This document shows positions 11,221 to 22,959 of a DNA stretch of 64,000 nucleotides, one piece after another. The number at the start of each line of letters is the position of its first letter. Positions within the stretch are counted from its first letter, which is position 1. The notes beneath the pieces are model-generated. The model was not told the DNA's origin and searched no databases. It saw only the letters and a program-made list of their open reading frames with translations. Source of the DNA: Mobula hypostoma (lineage: Eukaryota); the NCBI RefSeq assembly GCF_963921235.1, contig NC_086097.1, forward strand, positions 72,108,001 to 72,172,000. The letters run 5' to 3'. Both the position numbers and the translations under genes were made by a program.

Positions 11221-14144
11221 TGTATTTTAGAATCTTTTTCCATGATTGTTAGACCAGATGTTTTGATTAAATTGTCATCAGATTGTATTGATAAAATGGT
11301 GCCATGCTATTAGTTTTAGGTAGACCAAATAATACAGTATTTTCAAAATATATACAATAAAGCCCAATTCCACTAGATCTCAAATGATTTTATTTTTTGA
11401 ATGGAAACTAAAGTCACAAAATAAATCTGGAGAACAAGCACAATTTTGAGTTTAATTTGTGCCCAGAATGCACCCAAAGTGAGAGGTCTACACCTGTTAT
11501 GGTTGAACATTTACCGCATTGATGTTTTGTGAGTGCAGCACATAATACAACAAGAAAAGGATTAAATTGAAAAAAGTAGGAAGTAAAAGCAATATGACTA
11601 CTGGAGCATTCATTGTTTCTGTATGTGTAAGATCAAATCTATGTGCAAACGGAAGGCTGCAACTTCTGAACTAAAACCCACTTTAAAGAAAAATTGGAGC
11701 TTGAGGTGAGAGATTGGATCAAGAATTGAATCTGCAGAGCTCTGTGAGTTTTTCTTAAGGGTATGATAGTTCCCCATGACTAACTCTTATGCCTTTAAAA
11801 GCGCAAAGAGGAAACTATCCACACCAACAAGCTTTCTGCTTATTCTTGTGACTCAATCTAACATTAATCTCCCTGCCCTATGTTCCTTCCATCAAGCACT
11901 TTATTTTCCTCTTTCCTACCCATACTTGGCTAATTCCACCATCTTGGTGAACATGTTGCAGTCGTTGTCAGGATAATGAAGTTTCACCTGGCCTCTTCCT
12001 TCCTTCCCTTAATACCACTTCATTGCCAATCCCTCATCACCCAGATAATTTTCTGGTTTCCTCTATCTAAGCTTCACATGCTTTTTTTAAAAAAAATCTG
12101 GTCTTTTTCTTTTTTTGAGAAGGTTAGTCAAGAAATAATATTTGGTTTGTGATATATTGTCCTAGTTTATTACAGGAAGTGAGATTGCCAAAGAATTTGG
12201 CCCAGCTGGATGGTGCAGTCCTTTCTGACATCCAGAGCAGCCTGGTTCAGTAGTAAGTAGCTAACCCAGAGAGCGGGAGGAAGGGAAGTCATGGCTAGGA
12301 GCTCCAGAGGACCACTGCAGGTTAGTTGGGCAATGGAGGTCTGGCCTGGAGCAGAGCAAAGGCTTCCTTGACAGGTCACCAGGGGTATCCTCTTGCTCCC
12401 TGGCATATGAGGAACCACTTATGGTATCAATTGCTCATGCCCATATTTCACTGCTGTGTTTCCAGAACCACAGGAAACCATGCAGCAGCAATTAATTTCA
12501 AACAAGCTCCTTATCACCCTGTTGGATGCCATGTCAAAGATGCTAAAACTGGCATGCTTGTCCGCACTGGGACCTCTGTCTACTACTGTGACTGTATCTA
12601 TCAAAAAAAGTAGAAAACAATCTCCTTCTGCCACCCATATTGTATATGTGGGTGAAATCTCACCTTTATGTCTGGGCAGAAAATAAAGCAAAGTCAGAAA
12701 CAAGTAGTTAATCCCTGTTTGCTGCTTGCAGTAAAATTAATACTCGTCCCTAGCTTCCAATATGTGATTGTTGTACCAGGGAGACCTGATTTTGTCTAGT
12801 AATGGTCAGTCAGTTCCCTCTTTAATCTAATCCTGTGTCCTTAAGTGTTTGGCACTGGACTGACTGTGGAGAATTCACAGAATTCAATATCTGATGATAC
12901 CATGATCCATTTAATAACATGAAATGGCTGCGCTGGTATCAGTTTGTTAATAGCTCAGTTGAATAGTTTAGGGTGTTATTTAGATTTTAGGTATTTAAGT
13001 CAAAAAGTTGGTATGCCAATACCAGATGTAGCCTTAATATTTTATATGCTTTGCACTATTGCTTTTGGACTTCAACGGATGAAAACTGCCTTGAAAATGT
13101 AATTATTGTGGTTAGAGAAAAATATAGGGCTATGTAGGAGGGAAGGGTGAGATTGATCTGAGAATAGATTAATAGACTGGTGAAACATTGTGGGCTAAAG
13201 AGCCTGAACTGTGCTGTAATGATCTACGTGCTGTGTTCAGTGTAGAAGCTAAGCTGATAATGAGATAGTCTTATTATAACCCTGATTTGATTCATGTAAC
13301 TTTAACTGTATTAATGAAACTTTGGAACTGCATTTCCCCTTAAACAACAAAAAAAAATGAGTGAGTAGTTACAGTGCACCGAGACATCAAGGTGAGAGGA
13401 GTATGATCTAACAGCAGAATTGCTCAAAATTAAAAATCATTGTAGGTTAACATGAATCCATTTTTAATTTTCTTTTGTGCATTTTGATTTTTAGAGGAGT
13501 GATGATTAGTTCTCATCTCATTTCAGAAAGTGAAGGATTCTGGGCTGGAGACTGTAGCTCCTACAGTGGTCCAACATTGGGTGTGCTCCAGACAGCATCC
13601 ATGTCAGGACTTTGGCTCACATACATCCAACCACAGCTTAATGTTAAGAGGTTTCTAGAGCCTTTTACAATTACAGTGTAGCAGGAACAGGCAAGACTTT
13701 GCAGGAATTCTCATATCCCTGGACCACAGAGGGAGTTGGCAAGACAAGGGTAACAGAAGGCATCCAGATTGCTTACAAATGTTCACAGCAACCATTTTAG
13801 AATGACTAGTCCAGTGTTAACAAAGGAATCTGCATTGGACTTTCTGGTCAAGATTCCCGTATGGGAGTTCTTAAAGTAAAGCAAATGAAGGATCTGTGTT
13901 TTAATGTTGCAATGCAGATTCCTTTGAGTGACATTGCTTACTTTAACTAAAGTAGTTGCCAGGAAGACCTAAAGAAAATTTATAAACAAATGTGGTGGTC
14001 TTCTAGGAAGGCAGGTGAGTACAATGTGTCCTTTTTGCCATGAGATGCAAACTGACATGAAATGGAGAAACTCCCTCTGAATTTGAAGAATTCACCAGGC
14101 CACCCATGTGGTCTAGGAAGTCTCCTCCTTCCTAATAACTTTCA

Positions 14145-14600
14145 AAGAAAATTTATTATCAAAGTACATACACATCACCATATACTACCCTGGGATTCAT
14201 TTTCTTGTGAGCATTCACAGTAAATACAAAAAAATGCTCAATGGAATCAATGAAAAACTCTACACAGTAATGAAGGGCAAACAACCAATGCACAAAAGAT
14301 GACAAATTGTGCAAGTACAATAAGAAAAAACAGAATACTAATAATAGTTGTAATGAGTTGTAGAGTCCTTGAAACAGAGTCCAAAGGTTATGGAATCAGT
14401 TCAGTGTTGGTGTGAGTGAAGTTATCTACTCTGGTTTGGGATCCTGATGGGTGAAGTGTAATAACTATTTCTGAACCTGGTGCTGTGCAGCCTAAGGCTC
14501 CTGTACCTCCATCCTGATGGCACCTGTGAGAACAGAGCAAGGCCTAGTTGATGGTAGTTCTTGACAATGGATGCTGCTTTTCTGCAAAACCACTCCACAG
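14145..14600 (-). mobile_element. Rex1/Babar LINE 3' end
   Basis: Minus ORF 14422..14691 contains CRKAASIVK..H...LFS..PSG.RYRSL...STRFRNSY, followed by the characteristic 3' UTR. Confidence 0.8.
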
Positions 14601-15172
14601 GAGAGAGAGAAAAAGAATATATATATAAAAAATAAATAACAGATGGGGTACGAGGGGGAGGAGGGGCATTAACGGAAGTTAGAGAAGTCAATGTTCATGC
14701 CATCAAGTTGGAGGCTACCCAGACAGAATATAAGGTGCTGTTCCTCCAACCTGAGCGTGGTATCCCATCCGTTATTTTATATATATATTTTTTTTCTTTT
14801 TTTCTCTCTCCTTTTTCTCCCTTTGTCCCTTTCACTATACTCCTTGCCCATCCTCTGGGCTTCACCCCTCCCCTTTCTTTCTCCCTAGGCCTCCTGTCCC
14901 ATGATCCTCTCATATCCCTTTTGCCAATCAACTGTCTGGCTCTTGGCTCCATCCCTCCCCCTCCTGCCTTCTCCTATCATTTTGGATCACCCCCTCCCCC
15001 TCCCACTTTCAAATCTCTTGCTAGCTCTTCCTTCAGTTAGTCCTGATGAAGGGTCTCAGCCCAAAACGTCAACTGTACCTCTTCCTAGAGATGCTGCCTG
15101 GCCTGCTGCGCTCACCAGCAATTTTTATGTGTGTTACTTGAAATTCCAGCATCTGCAGATTTCCTCGTGTTT
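14600..15172. mobile_element. Penelope-like element fragment with inverted architecture and a degenerate hammerhead (15039-15074, +)
   Basis: Minus 14670-14760 encodes RLEEQHLIFCLGSLQLDGMNIDFSN (PLE GIY-YIG C-terminus). 14600-14650 is inverted relative to 14760-14812. The plus-strand terminal repeat has AGTC-CTGATGA-AGGGTCTCAGCCC-AAAA-CGTC-AACT. Confidence 0.85.
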
Positions 15173-16119
15173 TCGTTTAACCACCGGAAACAGGTGGGCT
15201 TGGACTGAATGGGAAGCTAAATTGGGAAACATCCGAAATATTATCTTTTTTTACAGAGGAAGCCCAGAGACCATAGTAGATGAAGAGAACGTTTGATAGA
15301 ATCGTCAAATTCCCAACTCCAGTTGACATTGAAGATGCTGTTATCAAGATGTCATGCTATTTGAGCTATCAATAGGTTATGGTAAATACATGGCTCTTTC
15401 CAACATTTGCTGTGAACACTCGGTGGCCGTTATGTTGTGGGTTGCAGGTGGAAATATTCTCATTTGGTATATCAGGTGAACTGCTTGCCTGTTTAGAGTT
15501 AATTCAGTACATTCCACACAGATTCTGAAAACAGCACAGTTCTATGCAGTAATTATACCAAATGTCAGGATTTTTCTGTAGTGTACACTCTTTCAAATCC
15601 TGGCTCATCTGTGCCAGACAGCACCATATCAGACAGTGACTAACATCCTGGCTATCATTACTCTCCTGATTAGGAAGGAAGTAACTGGGTGAAATCACAG
15701 ATGTTGGAAATCTGAAATAAAAACAGAAAATGCTGGAAAAACTCAGTATGTCAGGCATTAACTATAGAAAAAGAAACAGTTAATGTTGTAGGTCTGGGAC
15801 CTCAGTTGTAAATGAGAGTGAAGCAAGTTAGTTTGCTGGGAAAGTTATAGAGTGTCAAGGACAAGAGGAATTTCTTTCAGTATCAAACAATCTGTAAAGT
15901 GAAAAGAACTGTCGATATTTTGGATTAAAAAGCTGAATCAGGGTAACTGCTGGGTGTCTGAGATGGGATTTCAATCTGAAACATCCACAGTTCTACGTGA
16001 ACTTTACCCATGGCCTTTGACAAAACCCTACATGTTAGAATTCAAAGTACCTCGGATGTGCTATCCAAGGCTGGCTTAGTGAAAGAAGTCAAAGGATGCT
16101 GAGGAGGATTATGTTTTAC

Positions 16120-17085
16120 ATTGGAAGCCTGTGACATGTGACGTGCCACACGAAGATCAGTGCTGGGTCTGCTATTGTTTGTCGTAAATATTAATGATAT
16201 GAGTGTGAGTGGAAGTGCTTTGATTGGTAAGTTGAATATGACATCAAATTTAGTGGTATAGTAGACAATGAAGAAGATTGCCTAAGATTACAACAGTATA
16301 TTGGTGAACTGGGAAAGTGGACAAGGGAATGGCGGATGGAATTTAACTTGGACAACTGCAAAGCAATGTAATTTGGGAAGTTAAAACAGGCCAAGACATA
16401 CATGGTGAATAGCAGAGCTCTGGTAAGTGTTGTTGAGTAAATAAACCAGGGGGTACATGTTCTCTAGAAGTTAAGATACATTTAGGCCATGTGCTAAAGA
16501 AGACATTTGGTGTGTTTGCCTACCCAGTTGGAGCATTAGAATTAGGAAGTCACTTAACAGTTGTACAAAATATTGATTCGACTGCACTTGTAGTATTTTG
16601 TGTAGTGTCTGCAGTTCTGGTCACCAAGCCAAAGGAAGGATGTGATAGAACAGCAGAGGATGTAGAAAGGTTCACAAGCTTATTGCTGGTAATGCAGGCA
16701 TTCAGTGATGAAGAGAAACTGGATAAGCTGGGAACTGTTCTGAAGAAGACTGCAGTTTATAAAATCATAAGGAATGCAGATAATATAGATTGTTATCGTC
16801 TTTTTTCCCCCAGAATACAAGAGTCCAAAACTGAAAGATGCAGATTCAAAGTGAGAGAGGAAAACTATAAGGGAAATCTAAGGGGCATTTTTTTTCAGAA
16901 GATAGTGCCAACATTGAACAAGTTGCCAGAGTAAGAGATAGAGACAAGTGCAATTACACCATTAAAAAAAACATTTGGACAGGTACATGGATGAGAGAGG
17001 TTTGGATGTATATGGGTTATACATAGGCAAATGGGACAACTTGGACAACCTAGCCTAAAGGGCTTGTTTCTGTGTGGTGTAACTA
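16120..17085 (+). mobile_element. Degraded CR1 LINE 3' portion
   Basis: Remnants of GSVLG.LLF..YIND, W.MEFN..C and the CR1 C-terminus (R.FSL..., F.Q.IV..N.LP), plus a CR1-type 3' UTR. Confidence 0.8.
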
Positions 17086-17879
17086 CCCATCAATGAAAAC
17101 ATTACACAGACTCTACATCATTGACAACACATTAGACAGACAAAGGAGCTTCACTGCCCTTAGCTGGCCTTATTTCACCCAACAGAGGAATTCAGTTTGT
17201 AGGACCATTGCCCTTTCGTCATTTGCCTCCTCTGCCTAGACTAACCTGTCTATGTTCCAATGGAAGGTTCTAGAAATGAAATATAAACTCATTGGTGCTG
17301 TTTAACCTGCAGAGTTTCACTATCATAATATTGGTTACATACCATGACAGCAGGGCCCACTCTGCCATTAAAATCATCACTGAGCACGTAATTGTCATTC
17401 TTAAGGCATATTCCTACTCCAATTTTATCTCTTACTCCAGTTCCTGCCACTCATATGGTCGCTGTGTCATCTTACATACATACCTTCCCTAGCTTAACTC
17501 TTTGACATCATTCTGAAGATTATAGCCAGGATGAGGGAAATAAGTCGTTTCAGAGGAGCGCAGTAATGACCTTTGCTCACTGACCTCTCCTCTTCACTGA
17601 TTCTTCTTGCTTCCTCATGATGTGTAAGGGTGGTCTTTCTGACTTACTCCCTGTGGTGTTATGTGCCATCTCCGTCCAAGAAGTAAAATTCAGACACTGT
17701 TGACAGAGGAAAAAATATTTCAAACCATGTGTCTGCATTCATTCTAGAAAAGGATACTGGTCAATACATGAATGAAATTTCCAATGCAAAACTTTGTGGA
17801 AGGGGTATCCATACCTGATTATGAGAAAAAGATCATTTGGAGATTCAGTATGACATGCACTCTTTGTATTTTGACCACA

Positions 17880-20605
17880 ACTTCCAGACCTTTAGCATAG
17901 CCTTGGATAAGAATAGGAGCAGATAGCATGGAAAAGAATTTAATTGGTGGAGGATGAATTATTATGCTATTAGGCAGAAACTTGGGAGTGTAAACTGGAA
18001 ATAAATATACTCAGGGAAATGCACAGCAGAAATGTGCAGATTGATTAGGAACATGTCAATGGGTTTCTGGACAGATTTGTCTCCTTGAGGCAGGGTAAAG
18101 GAACCATGGTTGTCAAGAGATGAGGAGCATCTAGTCAAGAGGAAGAAAGTAACGTCCCTCGGTAGTCATGAAGGATTGGTTCCACGGCCCCCTGGGGATA
18201 CCAAACTCCGCGGATGCTCAAGTTCCTTATATAAAATGGCGTAGTATTTGCATATAACCTACGCACATCCTCCCGTATACTTTAAATCATCTCTAGATTA
18301 CTTATAATACCTAATACAATGTAAATGTTATGTAAATAGTTGTTATACTGTATTGTTTAGGGAATAATGACAAGAAAAAAAAGTCTGTACATGTTCAGTA
18401 CAGATGCGAACATCGTAGCTCTTCTGGGAACACTGATGCTGCCTCGGCATCAGCCAATGCCAATTCTCCCGTGATCTTTAAGTTCTTGAGGCTGTAGCGC
18501 TTTACATAGCTAGCCAGCCGTCCCTTACTAGCCTTAAACTCCTTCCTCTCGCTCACAACACAAGAAGCGAATGAACGAGATGCGAGGCGGACAATGCTCA
18601 AACAACGAGTGCTGGAGAGAGACTGAGGAGCTGTGAAATGGCGGGAGGCTACAGCAGGGTATGCCTACACATCACTTCATTCACGTGCATTCAGCGTAGT
18701 GCTCAGCGTGTGGCAAATTCAAGTTTTGCTTGTGAAACTTTCTGGAATTTGTTTTCGAATATTTTCAATCCACGGATGCGAAACCCACGGATACGGAGGG
18801 CCGACTGTATTTCAATTTCAGGAAACAAGGAACAGACAGGGCTGTTGAGAGTCACGAGGTAGCCAGGAAGGAGCTTAAGAATGGACTTAGGAGAGTTGGA
18901 AGGGGCATGAAAAGGCCTTGGTGGGTAGATTTAAGGAAAACTGAAAGACATTCTACACATATGTGGAGAACTGAAGGATGACTAGAGTGAGGGAAGGACC
19001 AATCACGGATTTTTTTTAAAAAAGTGTGCCTGAAATCAGAGGAGATAGAGGAAGTCCTTAATGAATATTTTGTTTCAGTATTCACCAGTGAGAGAGACTT
19101 TGACGAATGTGAGGTTAGCATTGAACAGGCTGATGATCATACATGTTGATGGTAAAAAAGTGCTGGTACTCTTGAAAAACATTAGGATAGATGAGTGATC
19201 GTGGGCTGGTTGGGATTTACTCCAGGTTATTGCGGGAAGTGAGGGAAGAGACTCCTGTACCTTTAATGGTGGTCTTTACATCATCACTGGTCACAGGAGT
19301 AATGCAGAGGACTGGAAGGTGGGAAATGCCATTCCTTTGTTCACAAAAAGGTAAAAGGAATAACACTGGGAATTATAGACCACTGAACCTTGTGTTGGTG
19401 GTGGGCAAAGAACTGGAGAATAATCTTAGAGACAGGATCTATAAGAATTTGGAGACATACAGTCTGATTAGGGGTAGTCAGCATGGCTTTGTGAGGGGCA
19501 GGTCATGCCTAACAAGCTTGACTGAATTCTTTGAGGAGATGACAACACATGTCAATGATAGCAGAGCAGTGAACTTGGTTGCATGGAATCAGAATTGGCT
19601 TGCCTACAGAAGGCAGAGGGTGGTAGTAGATGGAGCATATCCTGCCTGGAGGTTGGTGATTAGCAGTTTGCTGCATGGATCAGTTTAGGACCCCTGCTCT
19701 TTGTGATTTTAATAAGTAACTTGGATGAGGAAGTGGAAGGGTGGGTTAGTATGTTTGCAGATGACACATAGGTTGGGTGGCATTGTAGATGGTGTAGAAG
19801 GTTGCCATAGATTACAATAGAACATTGATGGGCTACAAAGTTAGGCTGAGAAGTAGTAGATGGAGTTCAATCAGAAATGTGTGAAGTGATACTCTTTGGA
19901 AGGTCGAAATTGAAGGCAGAATACAAGATTAATGGTAGGATCCCTAGTAGTGTACAGGGACTGGGGGGTTTGGGGGGCTACACCCATAGGTCCCTCAAAG
20001 CTGCGAAAGTTGATAGAGTGGTTAAGAAGGCATACGATACGTTGGCCTTCATTAGTCGCAGGATTTAGTCCAAGAGCTGCGAGGTAGTATTGCAGCTCGA
20101 TAAAATTCTGGTTAGACTGTACTTGGAGTATTATGTCACCTCATTATAGGAAGGATGTGGAAGCTTTAGAGAAGGAACAGAGTAGATTTACCAGGATGAT
20201 GCCTGGATTAAAGAGCACATCTTATGAGGAAATTTGAGTGAGCTAGGAAACAAAGGAGCACAAGACATGATTTGACAGTAGTATATATGATGATAAGACA
20301 TTGATAGAGTGGACAGTCAGCACCCTTTTCCCAGGGTGGAAATGGCTAATATAAAAGGGCATGAATTTTAGGTGAATGGAGCAAAGTGTCAGAGGTAGGC
20401 GTTTTACATAGAGAGTGGTGGGTGTGTGGAACGTGCTGATGGGGGTGGTGTTAGAGGCACAAGGGACATTTAAGGCAAATGGATGCAAGAAAAATAGAGG
20501 TTTACATGGGAGAGAAACATTAGTTTTATCTTGGAGTGGGGTCAAAGTGTGGCACAACATGGTGGGCCGAGGGGTTTCTGTTGTGCTGTACTGTTCTGTC
20601 TTCTA
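17880..20605 (+). mobile_element. Degraded CR1 LINE ORF2 and 3' UTR, interrupted by a Tigger element
   Basis: ORF 19191..19688 has GNYRPL.L..VVGK and SQHGFVRGRSCLT.L.EFFEE. FADD lies near 19750. The 3' UTR ends CTGTACTGTTCT. Confidence 0.9.
18153..18809 (-). mobile_element. Internally deleted Tigger/pogo DNA transposon (MER2/Tigger3-like)
   Basis: Terminal inverted repeats CGTCCCTCGGTA ... TACGGAGGGCCGACTG followed by TA (18808-18809). The internal minus ORF 18395..18601 (EFKASKG..YVKRYSLKNLKITGE..ADAEAA..FPE) is a CENP-B-type pogo transposase fragment. Confidence 0.9.
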
Positions 20606-21679
20606 TAATCTAACAGCCTGGTGAAGGGAAGTGGTTTGGTAGAAAGGCATAGGGTGTTGCAGACATCTGGCAACATCAAACATGCTCCTTGAACAATGAT
20701 GTAAGTAATCAGATGATCCGCTATTCTTGCTGAAGTTTGTTGATGATAATTGTTGGTCCAAATACCAGTAGTTCTTTTTGAATAAAGGTCTGACTAAAAG
20801 TCCTCAAAGCTCTGGTGACTACCAAGTCCTTGGAATTCCTTCAGTATCGCATTAACTTAGAAAAGGAAGTAATGACTTTACAAATCCACATTAATAAAAT
20901 CCTTAATTTCATCTCTAGAAGAGTGGAAATTGAGTCTAATTTATCCTTAACAAATCATAAAACATAGCTGTAGTCTGGGTTTGCACTTTAACCTTTCCTG
21001 TGTGAATTCTATTATTAATCATTGTAAATATATAAAATTGGATAATTGCATTAAGCAGCTTGGTCTCAAAGTTGGTATTAAGCCTTAACTGAGACTAGAT
21101 GTGATTGTTTCTATTTTTCTGATAAAATTAAAATGAAGGGACATGTGGTAAGTTACCTTTGAAAAAATTCTCTTCTGTACATGAACATTGTTAAGAATTG
21201 AAGAAAAGGATTAATATTGAAATGAGAATTCACTTTTCATTTTGACAAAGAAAGGACAACATTTTGAATATTTAATTTGGTATATTAATGATCATTCATC
21301 AAGAGCAAAAATGATTATAGTGGATATAAAATATGGAAACATTGTTCTATAAACTTTGACACGGCTCATTTAACAAAAGAAGCAGTGAAAGTATCATCAA
21401 TATCTTCCTCCCAAAAGAGTGAGAAACCTTGTATATTTTACCACTGCCACATTCACAAATATTCCACATCTGTAATCTTCTTCAAGATAAATTCACTGAT
21501 CCTGCACAATGAAGGCAGTGGGCTTGAAACTAAGTGTGAAGTATTGTCGTTCTAATCAAACCCAGTAAGTGTGAGAACAGAGATGCAAGAGACTGCAGAT
21601 ATTGAAATCTGGAACAAAAACAACAAAGCTGAAGTGTTCCTTATGACAGAGTCTCCAATTGCACAACTTACAATACAGA

Positions 21680-21920
21680 AGAGAGATGTCAGGGGTAAGT
21701 TTTTTACTCAGAGAGTGGTGAGTGCGTGGAATGGGCTGCCAGCAACAGTGGTGGAAGCGGTTACGATAGGGTCCTTTAAGAGACTATTGGATAGGTACAT
21801 GGAGCTTAGCAAAATAGAGGGCTATAGGTAAGCCTAGGTAATTTCTAAGGTAGGGACATGTTCAGCACAACTTTGTGGGCCGAAGGGCCTGTATTGTGCT
21901 GTAGGTTTTCTATGTTTCTA
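21680..21920 (+). mobile_element. Young CR1 3' terminal fragment
   Basis: DVRGKFFTQRVVSAWNGLP..VVEA....FKRLLDRYM, then a 3' UTR ending TTTCTATGTTTCTA. Confidence 0.9.
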
Positions 21921-22691
21921 AATGTAAACAATTGCAGGAACTTGATGGGTCAAATAGTGTCCATGGAGACAAAGGGATGGTCATTGTTTCGGGTCAGGGC
22001 CCTTCTCCAGCAGTAAGAGTGTAGCAGGAAGATAACAAGTATAAATAAGTAAAGGTGAGACAGAGTCTGGTAGGAACCCAATGAGGAGGAGATGATGGGC
22101 AGTTGCAATCAGGTGAGGTAGAGCAGAGAATAAAATTCAAATTCAAGTTCATATTCAGTGGCCATTTTATTAGGTACACATGTACACATGCTTGTTAATG
22201 CAAGTATCTAAATAGACAATCATATAGCAGCAGCTCAATGTATAAAAATGTGGAGACATGGTCAAGAGGTGCAGTCATTGTTCAGAATGGAGAAGAAATG
22301 TGATCTAGGTGGGTTTGACCATGAAGTGATTGTTGGTGCCAGACAGTGTGGTTTGAGTATCTCAGAAACTGCTCATTTCTGAGATGTTCATACACAACAG
22401 TCTCTAGAGATTATAGAGAATGGTGCAAGAAATAAAAACATCCAGCGAGCAGCAGTTCTGTGGATGAAAATGTCTTGTTAATGACAGAGATCAAGGGATA
22501 ATGCTCAGACTGGTTCAAACTGACAGTAACTCAAACAACAATGGTGTGCAGAAGAGCATCTCAGAATACACAACACAATGAACCTTGAAGTGCAAACAAC
22601 AGGAATTCTGCAGATGCTGGAAATTCAAGCAACACACATCAAAGTTGCTGGTGAACACAGCAGGCCAGGCAGCATCTCTAGGAAGAGGTGC

Positions 22692-22727
22692 AGTCGACGT
22701 TTCAGGCCGAGACCCTTCATCAGGACT
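22692..22727 (-). ncRNA. Minimal type-I hammerhead ribozyme motif (intact core)
   Basis: Minus strand reads AGUC-CUGAUGA-AGGGUCUCGGCCU-GAAA-CGUC^-GACU. Stem I is AGUC/GACU, stem II is AGG/CCU, stem III is the palindromic ACGU, and the cleavage triplet is GUC. Confidence 0.8.
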
Positions 22728-22746
22728 AACTGAAGGAAGTTCAGTT

Positions 22747-22782
22747 AGTCCTGACGAAGGGTCTTGGCCTGAAACATCGACT
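22747..22782 (+). ncRNA. Minimal type-I hammerhead ribozyme motif (stem III palindrome broken)
   Basis: AGUC-CUGACGA-AGGGUCUUGGCCU-GAAA-CAUC^-GACU. Confidence 0.65.
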
Positions 22783-22959
22783 GCATCTCTTCCTAGAGAT
22801 GTTGCCTGGCCTGCTGCGTTCACCAGCAACTTTGATGAACCTTGAAGTAGATGGGCTACAGCAACAGAAGACCACAAACAAACACTGAGTGACTACTTTA
22901 TTAGGTACAGGAGGGGCCCAATAAAGTGGTCTCTGAGTGTACATATCTAGTGTACTGCC

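Larger units (their letters stand above)
22592..22834. mobile_element. Head-to-head Penelope-like terminal repeat insertion with a 14-bp TSD
   Basis: TSD ATGAACCTTGAAGT at 22578-22591 and 22835-22848. 98-bp inverted arms (22637-22734 and 22740-22837) with a 5-nt spacer. Confidence 0.92.
22152..22941 (+). mobile_element. Internally deleted Tc1-family DNA transposon
   Basis: Terminal inverted repeats ATTCAGTGGCCATTTTATTAGG ... CCCAATAAAGTGGTCTCTGAGTG plus TA. Internal remnant MEKKCDL..F....IVGARQ.GLSISETA ... KSISE..T...LK.MGYS.RRP is the Tc1 transposase N-terminal HTH region. Confidence 0.85.

Noticed and set aside
15240..15385. Acceptor TTTTTTTACAG at about 15255 followed by a purine-rich exon-like stretch
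   Set aside because: All three frames stop within about 45 nt and there is no other support.
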